The notes under the pieces are model-generated. The model did not search any database. It saw only the letters and a program-made list of their open reading frames with translations, and was not told the origin of the DNA. A DNA stretch of 64,000 nt from Chara braunii (taxonomy: Eukaryota; Plantae; Charophyceae), in the NCBI GenBank assembly GCA_003427395.1, contig BFEA01000003.1:3292671-3356670 (forward strand). Reading direction: 5' to 3'. Below are positions 1 through 12,544 of the stretch, piece by piece (positions within the stretch are counted from its first letter, which is position 1; every line of letters begins with the position of its first letter). The position numbers and the translations under genes were made by a program.

Positions 1-519
1 CGACATCGCTGATCGAGCGACGACAATGGCATAGTGCGGCCGGACGGCGGCCATTAATACTAGTATTACCGCCGTCCGATCCGATCCCGACGTCTTGTAC
101 CTCAAACTCTTTACGTCCTGATCGATTCCGATCCCGATAATTCTGCTCGATTCCGACGTAATACTCGAGAGGATTGACAGGACCTTGACAGCATTCTGCG
201 GACCCATTCCTCCTCAGAACCATACCCGCCCGTCAATAGGCGGCGATTACCTCTTCACGTGTCCGTTTCTTCCACATGCATGTCCATTGAGATAGGGTCA
301 CACGGCCTCTCTCCTGCCTCTCTCTCCTGCCAATGCGAGTAGGAGAAGGAAGTACCAATGCGAGTAGTCGGTCAGAGGGTAGGTAAATGACACAAATCAT
401 GGGGAGGCTGGCCAGAGTGGGTACACGACAGAAATCACGGGGAGTTGGCGGCGCTGGCTGCGGGAAGCGAGGGGAGGGGGGGGGCGAGAGTAGGAGGAGG
501 AGAAATTCCGCAGATGGCG

Positions 520-554
<35 letters not shown>

Positions 555-1014
555 TGAAGATGAAGACCGTTAAAAGAATGTCTAGAGGCCCTTCCATGTA
601 CTAATAATGAGTCAGATACGGCTCGAATACACGCCCTCATTGTCCATCTTTTCGGCCCAAGATGCCACAACTGCACGCCCCCCTCCCCTTCCCCCACCCC
701 TAATCCTCCCCCCTGCTGCTGCACTATGTCGATAGGCCACTAAACCCCTCCCGTTTCCCGCTCTTGACCCCACTCCCTTCCCCGCCGCCAAAAAAGAAAA
801 AAAAAAAAAAAAGATTGTCTCAAAGCTCTTTTCCACCCACATTTTTGCTAGGCAGGTCCGACCTTCGCAGTCTCCCTACTCCTCCCCCTCCACCCTCCCC
901 CTTCCATCCCCCACTCCAACCGCCAGCACCACCACCTCTCTTCCCCTCTCTGATGTACTTTGATCTCTGCCTTCTTGAGGGAATCATCAGTGTGCCTTCA
1001 CCACTCCTGTCACA

Positions 1015-1993
1015 TCATCTGCTCTCCTTCTGATCGCTCTTCTTCTTCCTCAGCGACTGACTTCTGTCTTTGTCCTTCCTATCCTTTCGCTTTTTTTTCA
1101 AATTGCCCTTCCCTTCAGATCCCCCGTTTTCCGCCTGTACAGCTTCGGAGGATGCGCCGCCGTCCTTCTTTTTCTTGTTCCGCCTGTTCCTCGGCTTTCT
1201 TCTCCGCTTCTTCCCCTGCTGTTCTTGCTGTTCCTTTTGTTCCTTTTGCGCATCTGCCTCTGACGCCACCATCGCCTTTATCCTTGCCAGTCTCTCCGCA
1301 TGCGTCTCACCCTCCTCCTCCTCCACCTCACCATCGCTGTCCAGTATAGGTTTCAGCTTCTTCTCCCCTAATAGCTTCATCCGCTTGAGATGCTTCTTGG
1401 AGTTAAGGTGTGCATCCATGTCTTTGTCTGACAAGCAGACAACGGAGGGGCAAACCCTACACTTAATCACCGCCGCTCTCCGTCCCACATCCACCAAGGA
1501 CCGGAATTCTCCCTCATTGTCTCTTGGCTTCTCGGTCTCTGCATCCTCCACCGCCTCCGCCCAGACATTGCGCTTCTTCTTCTCGACATTAACCGCATGG
1601 GAAAGATTTTTCGTTCCCCGATTTCGCAAATCCTCGTCTTCCTCCTCGTCCGAAGACCCGCTGCCTTCTTCCACGTCAGCGAAATCACTGCCATCCTCGT
1701 CGCCATCGCTGTCGCTCGAGCCGCTCTCCCGCCTAACCCGCTCCTTGCCTTTCGACGCCGCCGCCCCAGTTGTCCTAACCCGCTCCTTGCCTTTCGACGC
1801 CGCCGCCGCCGCCGCCGCCCCCGCCCCCGCCCCCGAGACACCAACTGGGGAGTCGGTTAAGTCGCTTCCCGGATCCCTCTGAGAGTCGGCTTCGGATTCG
1901 ATGTCGGATGAATCAGAGCTTGCCGCCGAGGAGGAGGTGGATGATGCCCCACCATCATCCACTGGATGAAGCAGCCGATAATCGCGCCTTTTA

Positions 1994-1998
<5 letters not shown>
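1015..1998 (-). CDS. Intronless acidic/basic low-complexity protein with one U1/matrin-like C2H2 zinc finger, probably nuclear/nucleolar (327 aa)
   Basis: The true ATG is at 1998 (MIKRRDYRLLHP); the ORF-track extension is only a (GA)n microsatellite. It has Ser/Asp/Glu-rich tracts, the motif CRVC-x13-H-x5-H (CRVCPSVVCLSDKDMDAHLNSKKH) and Lys/Arg-rich NLS-like runs at the C-terminus. Confidence 0.8.
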
Positions 1999-2038
<40 letters not shown>

Positions 2039-2850
2039 CGGACAAATGAACGAACGAACGAACAAAATACAAGAGGACAACTGACTGCTCACGTTCCAGC
2101 GACTGCTTGCTTCGGCTGCAGTTAGTCGAGAGGGAATGGGCGAACAGAGCGTGAGCGATGGCGAACTTCAGCTTGGTACGACCAGTTGAAGTCCACGCGA
2201 TCATATGGATACTTGCACACTACGTCCGAATGTGACCTGCCGAGCCTCGAGGGACCAGGTACCGTGCCAGTTCCTGCCAGTCCGAAAGAAAAAATTTGCG
2301 CTTCGTCCCCTCAAATCGTGCCCCATTGCCCCGAGAACCCGTGGGTACAGCGGAATGCCCTTTGATGCCTCCATCTTTCGGTAATACCCCTGTCAGAGGG
2401 ATGCGCAAACTTGGACCGTGGTGACGCTTCATCTTTGGATAATACCCCTGCCCGAGGGGTGCGCAAATTTGGGCCCTGCCAGTCGGGCCCAGACATCCTG
2501 GCCAGCAACTTCTCTCACCCGGTTTGCCATACTAAAGCGGGGCAACTTTAGAGATTCACTGACCCATTCGGACCGCAACTTTGCGGCCCGATTGCTTTTT
2601 TATTTTCGTTTCACATGCCCGAATTCAAGCGTTTGAGCCACTTCAATGCATGAACATTCATGCAGCCGCAACCGCCTTTGAACGTAACCTCCGGGTATGT
2701 CAGCACACCTTGTCTCTATCACGGTATGTGTCCTCCATGTTACGCCTCATCCCACCCCATTCTTATTCCTCCTTCATCTTGTCTCCTTGCACCACCTCCT
2801 CCTCACTTTATCCCTCCTCCTTCATATTGTATTTCTCATATAGTCTTTTG

Positions 2851-3618
2851 CAGGGTTGTCGGCGTTCGGGACGGGCCGAACGCCGGAACCCGGACGCCCG
2901 AACGTTCGGCACCCCCTCTCGACGCGTTCGGCCGTTCGGCCGAAGGCGGATCTATAAAAAAAAAAAAAAAAAAAAATGAATTCCAAAATATCTGAACAAA
3001 ATATATGTTGTGCAGAAGAATAAACTAAACAACATTTGCCTCAACGTTATATCCAAATTCTTTACCAAATTTGAAATAAAAATCAAATACTAAAAATAAA
3101 TAATAATATTGAAAATTAGAAAAAATAAAACGAGAATTAAATTATTGAGTGGGCGAGCACGTTTTTTACACCGCCATCTTTGGCGATTTTTTTTTATTTT
3201 TTTTTTTGAGACAAATGCCATGAAAATTTATATATGTGTATCTGACATAATAGAGAATCTACGAATAAAGTTTGAAAAAATAATAAATTGTTTATGCCTC
3301 GAAATAAATGAAAAACAAAAAGTGAAAAAAGAAAAAAACCAAATTTGTGAGTGGGCAAGCAAGTTTTGACACCACCACCTTTAAGGATTTTTCTTTTTTT
3401 TTTGGCTGAACAAAATGACTTCAAAATTAAGTCGGAGATACCTTACATCACAAAGAACTCACAAAAACAAACTCAAAAAAAATAATAATATTTGGGTGCC
3501 AAAATAATTTTTTACGGGGTTCGAACCCCTTCAAGTTCGGGCCCCGTACGGGGACCCGAACGCCCAAACGTTCGGGGGTCAGCTTAGGGGTCTCCGTACG
3601 TTCGGCCTGGAAACCCAA
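2851..3618 (+). mobile_element. Non-autonomous hAT-type DNA transposon (MITE), copy 1
   Basis: Starts CAGGGTTGTC and ends with the degenerate inverse GGAAACCCAA. Flanked by a perfect 8-bp duplication GTCTTTTG (2843-2850 and 3619-3626). Has subterminal CCGAAC/GTTCGG repeats, an AT-rich core and no ORF. Confidence 0.85.
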
Positions 3619-4412
3619 GTCTTTTGTATCAATTTGATTTTTACCAACTTGATTTAGTAAGTCCAGGTAATAAACAAGTGTGCGTTATCTCTTAAAATGT
3701 ATGATGAGATAGTCCAATAAACTTTCGATCTTTCAGTTATAAAACATATACTTTGTATGCGCATACCTACAATATTACGAGGTGAAATTTACAATGTCTT
3801 TATAAAACAATTCATTTTGGCAGAGGGGGGAAAAAAAAAAACATTTTTAACAATCTCTAATTTTTTTTTTTTACTTTTTTTTTTTAACATACTTTACAAT
3901 TTAATATATAATCTCAAATTTATATTTATAATCAACGGGCCTAGCTTAATTAGTACAATCTTGAACTGTTGAAATACAAATTCAAATTTCAATTCAAATA
4001 CATTAAAAAAAAAAAAAATCATTATGAATTGTTTGGGAACAGTTTGTGTAATTATGATATTTAAAGGGTATCGCTAATTTTTTTTTTTTAATGATAGCTA
4101 TCATAACTTTGTGTATTATAATAATCAATTAATCAAATAGTGAAGTGATGATTTAACTGTTATGATAAATTGATTGTTTAATTAAATTGATTAATATAGT
4201 AATTGAATGTTTATTTCAATCAATTATCAGTCAAATTACAGTCAATACTATTTTTGTTACTATTGTTGTTGTTATTGTTGTTGTTGTTCGTGTTGTTGGT
4301 GTTAAGATGTGTGAGTATACGAGCGAGAAAAATGAAGTATAATCTACTAAGATAATAAGTGAGAGATATATTTATCATGTTTTTCATTATCATCTTTAAA
4401 TATTGTTGCACA

Positions 4413-5130
4413 CAGGGTTGTCAAGCCGAACGTACGGAGGCCCCTAAGCTGACCCCCGAACGTTCAGGCGTTCGGGTCCTCGTACGGAGCCCGAACCTGA
4501 AGGGGTTCGGATCCCTCAAAAACTTATTTTGACACCTAAATATTATTATATTTTTCTGAATTTTTTTTTTATAGTTATTTGTGATGTAAGGTCTGTCCCT
4601 CTTAATTTTGAAGCTATTCTGTTCAGGAAAAAAAAAATGAAAAATCGGCAAAGATGGTGGTGTCAAAACTTGCTTGCCCACTCACTAATTTATTTTCTCT
4701 CTCTTTTCATTTTTTATTTTTCTTTTATTTCGGGGCATGAAAAAAAATATAATTTTTTTTAACTTTATTTGTAGATTATTTATTATGTAAGATACACATG
4801 CATAAATTTTCATGGCATTTGTCACAGTAAAAAAAAATTAGAAAAATCGCCAAAGATGGCGGTGGCAAAAACGTGCTCGCCCACTCAATAATGTCATTCT
4901 CGTTTTATTTTTTCTAATTTTTATTATTATTATTTATTTTCAGTATTTGATTTTTATTTCCAATTTGGCAAAGAATTTGAATGTAACGTTGGGGAAAATG
5001 TTGTTTCGTTTATTCTTCTGCATAACATATATTGTTGTTTTTTTTTTTTTTTTTTCACGTTTGGCCGAACGGTCAAACGCGTCGAGAGGGGGTGCCGAAC
5101 ATTCGGGCGTTCTGCTGGTCCCGAACGCCG
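4413..5130 (-). mobile_element. hAT-type MITE, copy 2, inverted relative to copy 1, right terminus truncated
   Basis: Reverse-complement homologous to 2851-3618 along its length. Begins CAGGGTTGTCAAGCCGAACG; homology stops about 9 bp short of the expected terminus at 5130. Confidence 0.8.
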
Positions 5131-5339
5131 GTGTCGAGTGCATAGGCTTCCGTCAACTCCTATTTTTCACTACGTTCTTTTTCTGACATGCAGACAGGTA
5201 AAGAGTTGAAGAAAGGTTAATATTTCCAACATTCCTTGAGCAAGCATAGTGTCGATCCCTTCTCACATACACCCTTTACCTACCGGCACAATCAACAGAA
5301 GAAACAACCCAAAAATCATCCATGTAAGCACGACCATGC

Positions 5340-6690
5340 AAGGTGTGAGTTCACACAAGTGTGTAAGGGAAACTGAGTCACAACTGACCTTGAGTGAAGT
5401 TAAAGATGACTCACTCAAGAAAGCCAAGTAATTATTTAAAATGCCACAAAACTTAAGTAGTGGCTGTTTACAAAACAATGATTCACGTCCTTCTTCAAAC
5501 GTCACCACTGACACAGGCGTCACTCGCTAAGATTGAAGCGAGATAGCCCTCAAGGAGGGTGCTCTCACTTACAAGTCTCACATGGTCCCACTACAGTCCC
5601 AGCGACACCTTGCTCACCAAGAATAGTTTCACCTCAATCACCATCCCAACCTCCTCCAATCACCTCGTCTGATCACAAGGTATTCACCAACACTTGCCTT
5701 GGTTTCAACCCCCAACCTCCTTGGTCCCAATTTGGGTCCCAAGTATCTCCACGTCGTCGTCGCGCCACCAAACGATCTTCCAAAAAAAAACTTTGGATTG
5801 CGGCACTTGTTCAGACACAAAAGCACTTCCAACCCCAATGTCGTAGGCTCACACCCTAGCAGCCAGACCACCAAGCACCGTGCCCAAAAAAAAAGTCACC
5901 GCCGTAACCCCAATATATGGTCAGCAACCCCACCAGCCTCGTCGCGTAATTCCGCCAGCACCTCCCCTCAAAACACTGTCAAATATCGTGCTGCAAAAAG
6001 TACCGCCGCGCTGCACAAAAATTTCTATAGCATCTTCTTCCAAAAATACTACGGTGCAACCTTCCCACTCGAATATCATCGTGTAGGCCGTCGGACAACA
6101 CCTCCCCTTAAAACTTTGCCTCTTGTTGCACGGTCTCACCCTGTCGCAGTCTCAAAGCTATAGCTCTCACACAAGTGTGCAGCACAAGCACAAAGGTGGG
6201 GCGAGAAGCTCCTAACCCTTAGCTATGGCTGCCTCTCTCCTCCTCCAAGTGCTTCTGCAGACCTCCAACACCTCGCCTCACCACACCAACAGCCAGCCAA
6301 CCAGCATTTACTTCAAGTAGAATGCCCCAACAACATTGCCACAAGTGTGAGGCTGTTGGGTGACAAGCTGACTTTTATAGCTAGCCGAAGGCATGTGGGC
6401 AGTTGCCTTGCCCACTGCCAAGCAAAAATTCGCCAGTGCTCTTGGCCCTTGATTTAAATCAATGGTCAGGAGCTTTGTGCCTTGGTTTTCCCTTAGGGGA
6501 ACCAAGGTCATCAGTTTCCAGGAGTACCTGACCGATTTCCCAGGCTAGGTGCCCCTGGAAATGACTGTACTCAGCCATTTCAGAGTTACATTTTCAATTG
6601 AACAGGCACAGTCCCATCAACCCCTAGAACCTTCTAGGGGTTGCACCTGTTCCACGGCCGCGATCACAAGTCGTACGTGGCCGTTACTTT
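5340..6690 (-). repeat. LTR-like long direct repeat, copy A (diverged partner at about 7865-9330)
   Basis: Shares blocks with copy B (GTTCACAC..CTGACCTTGAGT..ACTCAAGAAAGCC; GACTTTTATAGCTAG; GGAACCAAGGTCAT..CAGGAGTACCTG; GGCCGTTACTTT). Has a minus-strand TATAAAAG and a minus-strand purine tract adjoining 6690. Confidence 0.6.
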
Positions 6691-7864
6691 TTCCCCCCCT
6701 TAGGGCGCTGATCTCCTAAGTACGAAGCGGACGCCGGTCGACTAGGACGGTCTCAACCAAGCGTGAAACCCAAATATTTATCCTAGTTCCTTAGACACAC
6801 CCTCAAAAGAAAATTATAACAACCACACATATAATTACATAAAAAAGAGTCGACCGTAGTTGACATGAATATATATCGAATATGAAATGATAACTGAAAA
6901 ATTTGATACATCATACAATATATTTAATAACACAAGTTCAAAATAAAATTCGATCTCCTTGGGTCGAACTCCACAAAAATCATATGACCGCCAACGAGGA
7001 GTTGACTTTCGACAATAACATAGATGCAGTCGACAAGGAAGTTAGTCTGCCTTAGTTTTGACTTGATGAAACGTGTTGCCAAAGTTATTAATTTCAACCT
7101 ATCGTCGACCTAAGATTAGACACGCTCACATCCATCTTCATGCACTTCTAATTTTTTTGAAAGACAGACTGTTTTGTGGATGATTCTTGATCAGGTGCAT
7201 TGCTTGAAGTGTTGCATGCCTCTCCCTCTAGGAAGTGGTCTGGGGTACTCCTCCTCACCCGAGCACAAGACTCGGATCTCAGAAGTCGAGTCATCTCCAT
7301 CAAATCGGTAAAGTACCCCCTCGTAGAACGGCTCACTTCGGGTCGATAACAGGGTTGGCTCCTGAAGCAACGAACCCCCGCCCCAGATGCTTCCTAAAGA
7401 AAAAGAATGTGTTCACCGCAAGTAATTTTCAGTTACTCTCATTTTTCATAAGTTCAGGGAAAAGAAACATAATGAGATAGAGAATGAGAATCATTTGGAC
7501 ATGTATAGATAGATAAGTCATTCGGGGCAGAAAGGGTCCACCCTCAATAAAAGACTAAGTTCATTTGACATTTTCTGTTTTATTTCAATCACATTCATTT
7601 ACGACATGCACTGAATTAATCTTTTTCAAAACAACAAGTCATTTTACAGCAGGCAGGGGAAAGGTAAAAAAAAAGACAATATTTTTCTTCATCTCAAATA
7701 GGCATAATCAATCTCCTTTGCAAACATCCTTCTACCTAGCTGCACATCATGCAAAAAAAACAACACAATTTTATACTCACGTCATACCTTTTCATTCACA
7801 TGCATGACTCGCACAACTCTCCTCTACCTTTTCTTTTGAACATTAAAAATGAACAGGGTCAAGC

Positions 7865-9330
7865 AAAGTGCGGGTTCACACAGGTGTGAAAGGAAGTCTG
7901 AGTCATTTAACTGACCTTGAGTAAAGTTTAGATCTGGCTTACTCAAGAAAGCCGAGTAATATATCAATCAAAGGAAAATGACCGCCGTAGAAAAATATGC
8001 GGCACACAACTTACAAGTTGTGGTCTTCCTCCTAAATGACGGTCCGCGCTGCCTCTCAACACGTCCGCTCACAATAGCCGCATCGTGCATGTCTCATTCT
8101 CAAAATCAGTCCAACCTGGTCCAAAAATGATCCCAGATGGTTCCAAGTTGTCGCTGTACCACTGGATGGTCTTAAACTCAAAAGCCGCTCACACCGCGTG
8201 CCACAAAAAAATGAAGGTAACTCCGACTCAAACCGCATATGCCACGGACCCCAATAATCACCACCATGAGCACTCACTCTGCACTTTTCTTGCCGTCGGT
8301 CCACGCACCACTACTGCACGATCCCAACGGTGCACCACTGTCAGCCCATACTACCGCCGAATAATGAGAAAGTAGTCTACCATCACCGCACACACCAAAA
8401 ATTAAAAGCGGAACTGCCGCTCGCCGCACCATCGAAACCGGTACCACGCCGCTGTGCCAAAAAAAAAATTACTGCAGTTTCTTACCGAAGTGCCACTGCC
8501 ATGCCAAAATTTTGGTAACGTAACCTCATAAAAAAATCGCCGCTATCGTGCCGTCAACTGGACAGCATCGCCACCGCCAATTTCGGTAGCATGATCCCTT
8601 CGGATACTCTGTCGTTGTTGCACCGCTAATCGAGCAACACCTCCCCATACTCAAACTAAAAAAAACATCGGCGTCACGCAACAAATCCGGCATCACCTTC
8701 CCTTAGGAAAGTCTTGACGCCGCGGCAACAGTCCGACAGCACACCCCCCCTAAAATAGGTGTCGCTTGCTACACCGTCCCGACCCTGACGCAACCCGTCA
8801 GCCACTGCACTAGCACAAGGGTGGGGCAGAGCTTCCAGCCCTTGGCTATGGCCGCCCTGGCCTGTACTCCTCCAACTCTTTGCAAACCTCCACTCCACCA
8901 GCAACACCTCCACCGGCAACACCGCCCCTCTCCAACAGCATGCAGCAGTCAGCCAGCATTCACTTAAGTGAATGCCCCAGCAGCACAACCACAAGTGTGA
9001 GGCTGCTGGGTGGAGTGCTGACTTTTATAGCTAGTTGAAGGCATGAGGGCAACTACTTTGTCCACTACCAGACAAAATTTATCAGTGCCCCTGACCCTTG
9101 ATCTAAATCAACGGCTAGGAGCTAGGAGCCTTGGTTTTCCCCTAGGGGAACCAAGGTCATTTACCCCAGGAGTACCTGGTCGTTTTCCCAGGCCAGGTGC
9201 ACCTGGAAATGGCTGTACTCAGCCATTTACTTCATCCTGCTCAAAGCAAACAGGCGCAGTCCCATCACCCCCTAGAAGCTTCTGGGGCTGCACCTGTCTC
9301 GCGGATGCGGCCATATTCACGGCCGTTACT
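7865..9330 (-). repeat. LTR-like long direct repeat, copy B
   Basis: Co-linear diverged homology with 5340-6690. Confidence 0.6.
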
Positions 9331-9728
9331 TTTTTTTTTCTCTTTCTTTTTTTTCTCCCCTTCTTTTCTTATTTTTCTTGCCCCCTTGTTTCTCTGGAAG
9401 GGGCAACTCGTTTTTCTAAAATAATCAGCCTCCCCTTCCCTCTAAGTCATTTCACAGAGTCGAAGTAGTGTCAAGCTGAGTAGGGTCTTCTTTCTTCAGT
9501 GTGCCCGAACCTGACTCAGTTCAAGTGCCACGTTCAGGCGCCTTCTCAAGCAGCCACTGCTCATTCAGAAACAAACGGGCACAACTCACCAAGCCCCTAG
9601 TAGAAAAAGACGGAGGGGAACTAAAGAAAAAAAAAACCTCAATAAAAAAAACGAAGTGAAAATTCACCTTTTCGGCCATTGCTCTCGTCCCCGTCGAAGT
9701 CCAACCTCCAACCAGGTAAGCTACCTAA

Positions 9729-9821
<93 letters not shown>

Positions 9822-10744
9822 NNNNNNNNNNNNNNNNNNNNNNNNNNNNNNNNNNNNNNNNNNNNNNNNNNNNNNNNNNNNNNNNNNNNNNNNNNNNNNN
9901 NNNNNNNNNNNNNNNNNNNNNNNNNNCAGCCCCACAAGAGAGAGGCGACTGGAGGGCCGAACGGTCGTCACAAAATGTTGGTTTGACCACCAGGAAACGA
10001 CTCGCCCGTCACTCGCACTGGAAACCATCCACACGTGTGCAAAGAGTCCCTCGTAACCTCAGCTAAGTACAAGGTACCCAAAATAAAAAAACTGGATGTA
10101 GCCGCGCTTTTGCGGCAGATCCATTGGATTTTGCCCATCTTACCGATGGGAAGTCAACCCGCTCGTTGAAACGAATGAGTACTTTAGGGAATTCACAAAC
10201 AAAAAGGAAAAAAAAAAAAAAAAAAAAATCTAAAGAATCTAAGAAGAATCTAAATAAAGAAGATCTAAACAAATCTAAGAATTAAAAAAAAATTAAAAAG
10301 TTAAAGAAAAACAAATAGAGAAAGAAACTTACCATAAAAAAAAGGTCGGTCGTTCAGAACGGGCACCGTCAGAGCTACTAGGGTCTTAACGCCCCAGTCA
10401 CTTCGGACTGCGCCATCTAGCGCATCGCTATCGACTTAGTTTTTTTTTTTTTTTTTTTTTTTTTTTACCTCGTTGGCTTAGGCCAACGGTCACCCCGATC
10501 TCATGACTTTTCAGCCACGACCTATCAACCTTCAAACCTTAGTTCGAATCCTAATGGATTCATCACGATTTCTGAAAGTTTTTTTTTTTTTCGTCTTACT
10601 TTTCTCGATTTATGCATGTCATCCTTGCACAGGGCCATACTGATTCGCGCGCCTGATCTGGGCCTCACGATCTTCACGATAGGACGACCAGATCCAGCCG
10701 TGCTGGCAGTGTTTGGAGTGGGCTGCTCCAAAAGGAGCTAGCCC

Positions 10745-11045
10745 GACGACGAGTGCAGTTCGATCCTGGTATCCGTTGGGTGAGAATCCTGCACTGTAAC
10801 CTACTGGGCTAGCTCCTATCACAGGAGCTATGTCCGCAACATTTCTATATGAAGGGCTGCGTCCCAGTAGGTAGTCACTTTCAGGTCTAGGCAGGCCTAG
10901 TCCTGCCTCACCCTTTCAAAGCCGGCAACCCGCCATCTCACCTGCTGGGGTTTAGCCAGGGAGGCCCGATAAGTCACCTTCAGCCGAGAGTCCGGCGTCG
11001 GGCCTCGGCGCGGAGTCAAATCCCATGGCCCAAAAAAAAAATAGG
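10745..11045. repeat. Dispersed repeat; inverted diverged copy at about 15080-15358 and a partial copy at about 12790-12860
   Basis: GGTATCCGTTGGGTGAGAATC..CCTACTGGGCTAGCTCCTA matches the reverse complement of TAGGAGCTACCCAAGTAGG..ACTCTCACCCAACGGGTACC. The CCCGATAAG and CCCAAAAA..ATAGG blocks also match. Confidence 0.65.
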
Positions 11046-11896
11046 CTTCCAATTCCCATTGCGCCACGACCCCATACCCAACGAGATCGTTCTTATTAAC
11101 CTAGTTAGGCCTTGAATCACGCGGTTGCTAAGCCGCGCAACCTTATTTTCAGTAAGATAGGTATGATCTTAGTACTTCAAAACCCGCACGCCCCTATAGC
11201 TTCGACAAAAGCGAAGCATTGCCATTCACATTCGTTACTCTTGGACGCCACACGCGTTCGGACTAAAGTATATTTTCATGTTCTAGCGGGAAATTCGGTC
11301 GATTTTGCGCGCCGCTGACATAGCTCGATGTGCCCTCTCTGCGACTCCGCACGATTCAACACGATGTGCAACACTACTGAAACCACAGCATCCGGGGCGC
11401 GACGTGCATTTCAACAAGCCGGGCAGATCTCAGGTAAGTCGCCCTTCGTTCTTTCTCCTGCCTCTTCTTATTCTTCCCCCTTATGACTTTCACACTCGAG
11501 TGGCCTCTACTCCCCCTCCTATTCTCATCGTTTGTCGCTCGTACACACCTACACTCCCGCTCTCTTTCTTCATCCTCTCTACTCCCCCTCCTCCTTCTCG
11601 TTCCTCTACCTTGGCACGACCTTCTCTCTCGCGCACGATGTTAGACCTTTTCCCCCCGTACGCACGATGTTAAACCTTTTTCCCCTGTGCGCACTCTTGC
11701 TTGTCCAACGTCCACAATCGTTTTCGACTCACGTTACCCTCTTTGCACGATTTTTCCTCCTCCCTTCACGCGATCCTTCTCTCCATCCTGCGCGATGCCT
11801 TCCTCCTTGTTGCTCATGGCGTTCTACCTCCTCTCCCCTGCTCTCTCCCCTGCTCTCTCCCCTGCTCTCTCCCCTTCTTACTCTCTCCTCTCGTTC

Positions 11897-12030
11897 TCTT
11901 CTTCTTCTTCTTCTTCTTCTTCTTCTTTTTCTTCTTCTTCTTCTTCTTCTTCTTCTTCTTCTTCTTCTTCTTCTTCTTCTTCTTCTTCTTCTTCTTCTTC
12001 TTCTTCTTCTTCGCCGTCGTCGTCGTCCTC

Positions 12031-12061
<31 letters not shown>

Positions 12062-12088
12062 TTCTTCTTCGCCGTCGTCGTCGTCCTC

Positions 12089-12119
<31 letters not shown>

Positions 12120-12130
12120 TTCTTCTTCTT
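11897..12130. repeat. (CTT)n microsatellite with interspersed (GTC)n
   Basis: Directly visible; it generates the poly-S/F/L/K/E ORFs in the track. Confidence 0.95.
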
Positions 12131-12423
12131 CGCACTTTCTTCTTCCTTCGCACGTCCTCCTTCTACCTTCGTGCGTCCTCCTTCTACCTCTGTGCGGTTC
12201 TCCTCCTGCTACCACCATGCTACCTTTCCGTTGCTCTTCTTGGTGTCGGGGTCGCATTGTCCGCTAACTCACTTGCGACAACCCGCCTCTCTCCCAAGTG
12301 TGCGGGCTAGTATCGAACGGGCCAAGCCTAAGGCCCCGTATCAACAACCCCGAGGGAATGAACCTTCCCTTGGTTTCGCGGCAGATTCACTGATGCAGAC
12401 GAGTCTCGTGAAGTACGAGACCG

Positions 12424-12455
<32 letters not shown>

Positions 12456-12513
12456 NNNNNNNNNNNNNNNNNNNNNNNNNNNNNNNTCAGAGGTGATCTT
12501 TTAGCACCCAAGA

Positions 12514-12544
<31 letters not shown>

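Noticed and set aside
1070-1882. 270-aa plus-strand ORF
   Set aside because: Antisense shadow of the zinc-finger gene; Ser/Phe-rich with no independent features.
12396-12426. Hammerhead-like CAGACGA-stem-CGATA before a poly-A run
   Set aside because: The GTCTCGT/ACGAGAC hairpin is real, but both catalytic core segments deviate from CUGANGA/GAAA and stems I/III are absent.
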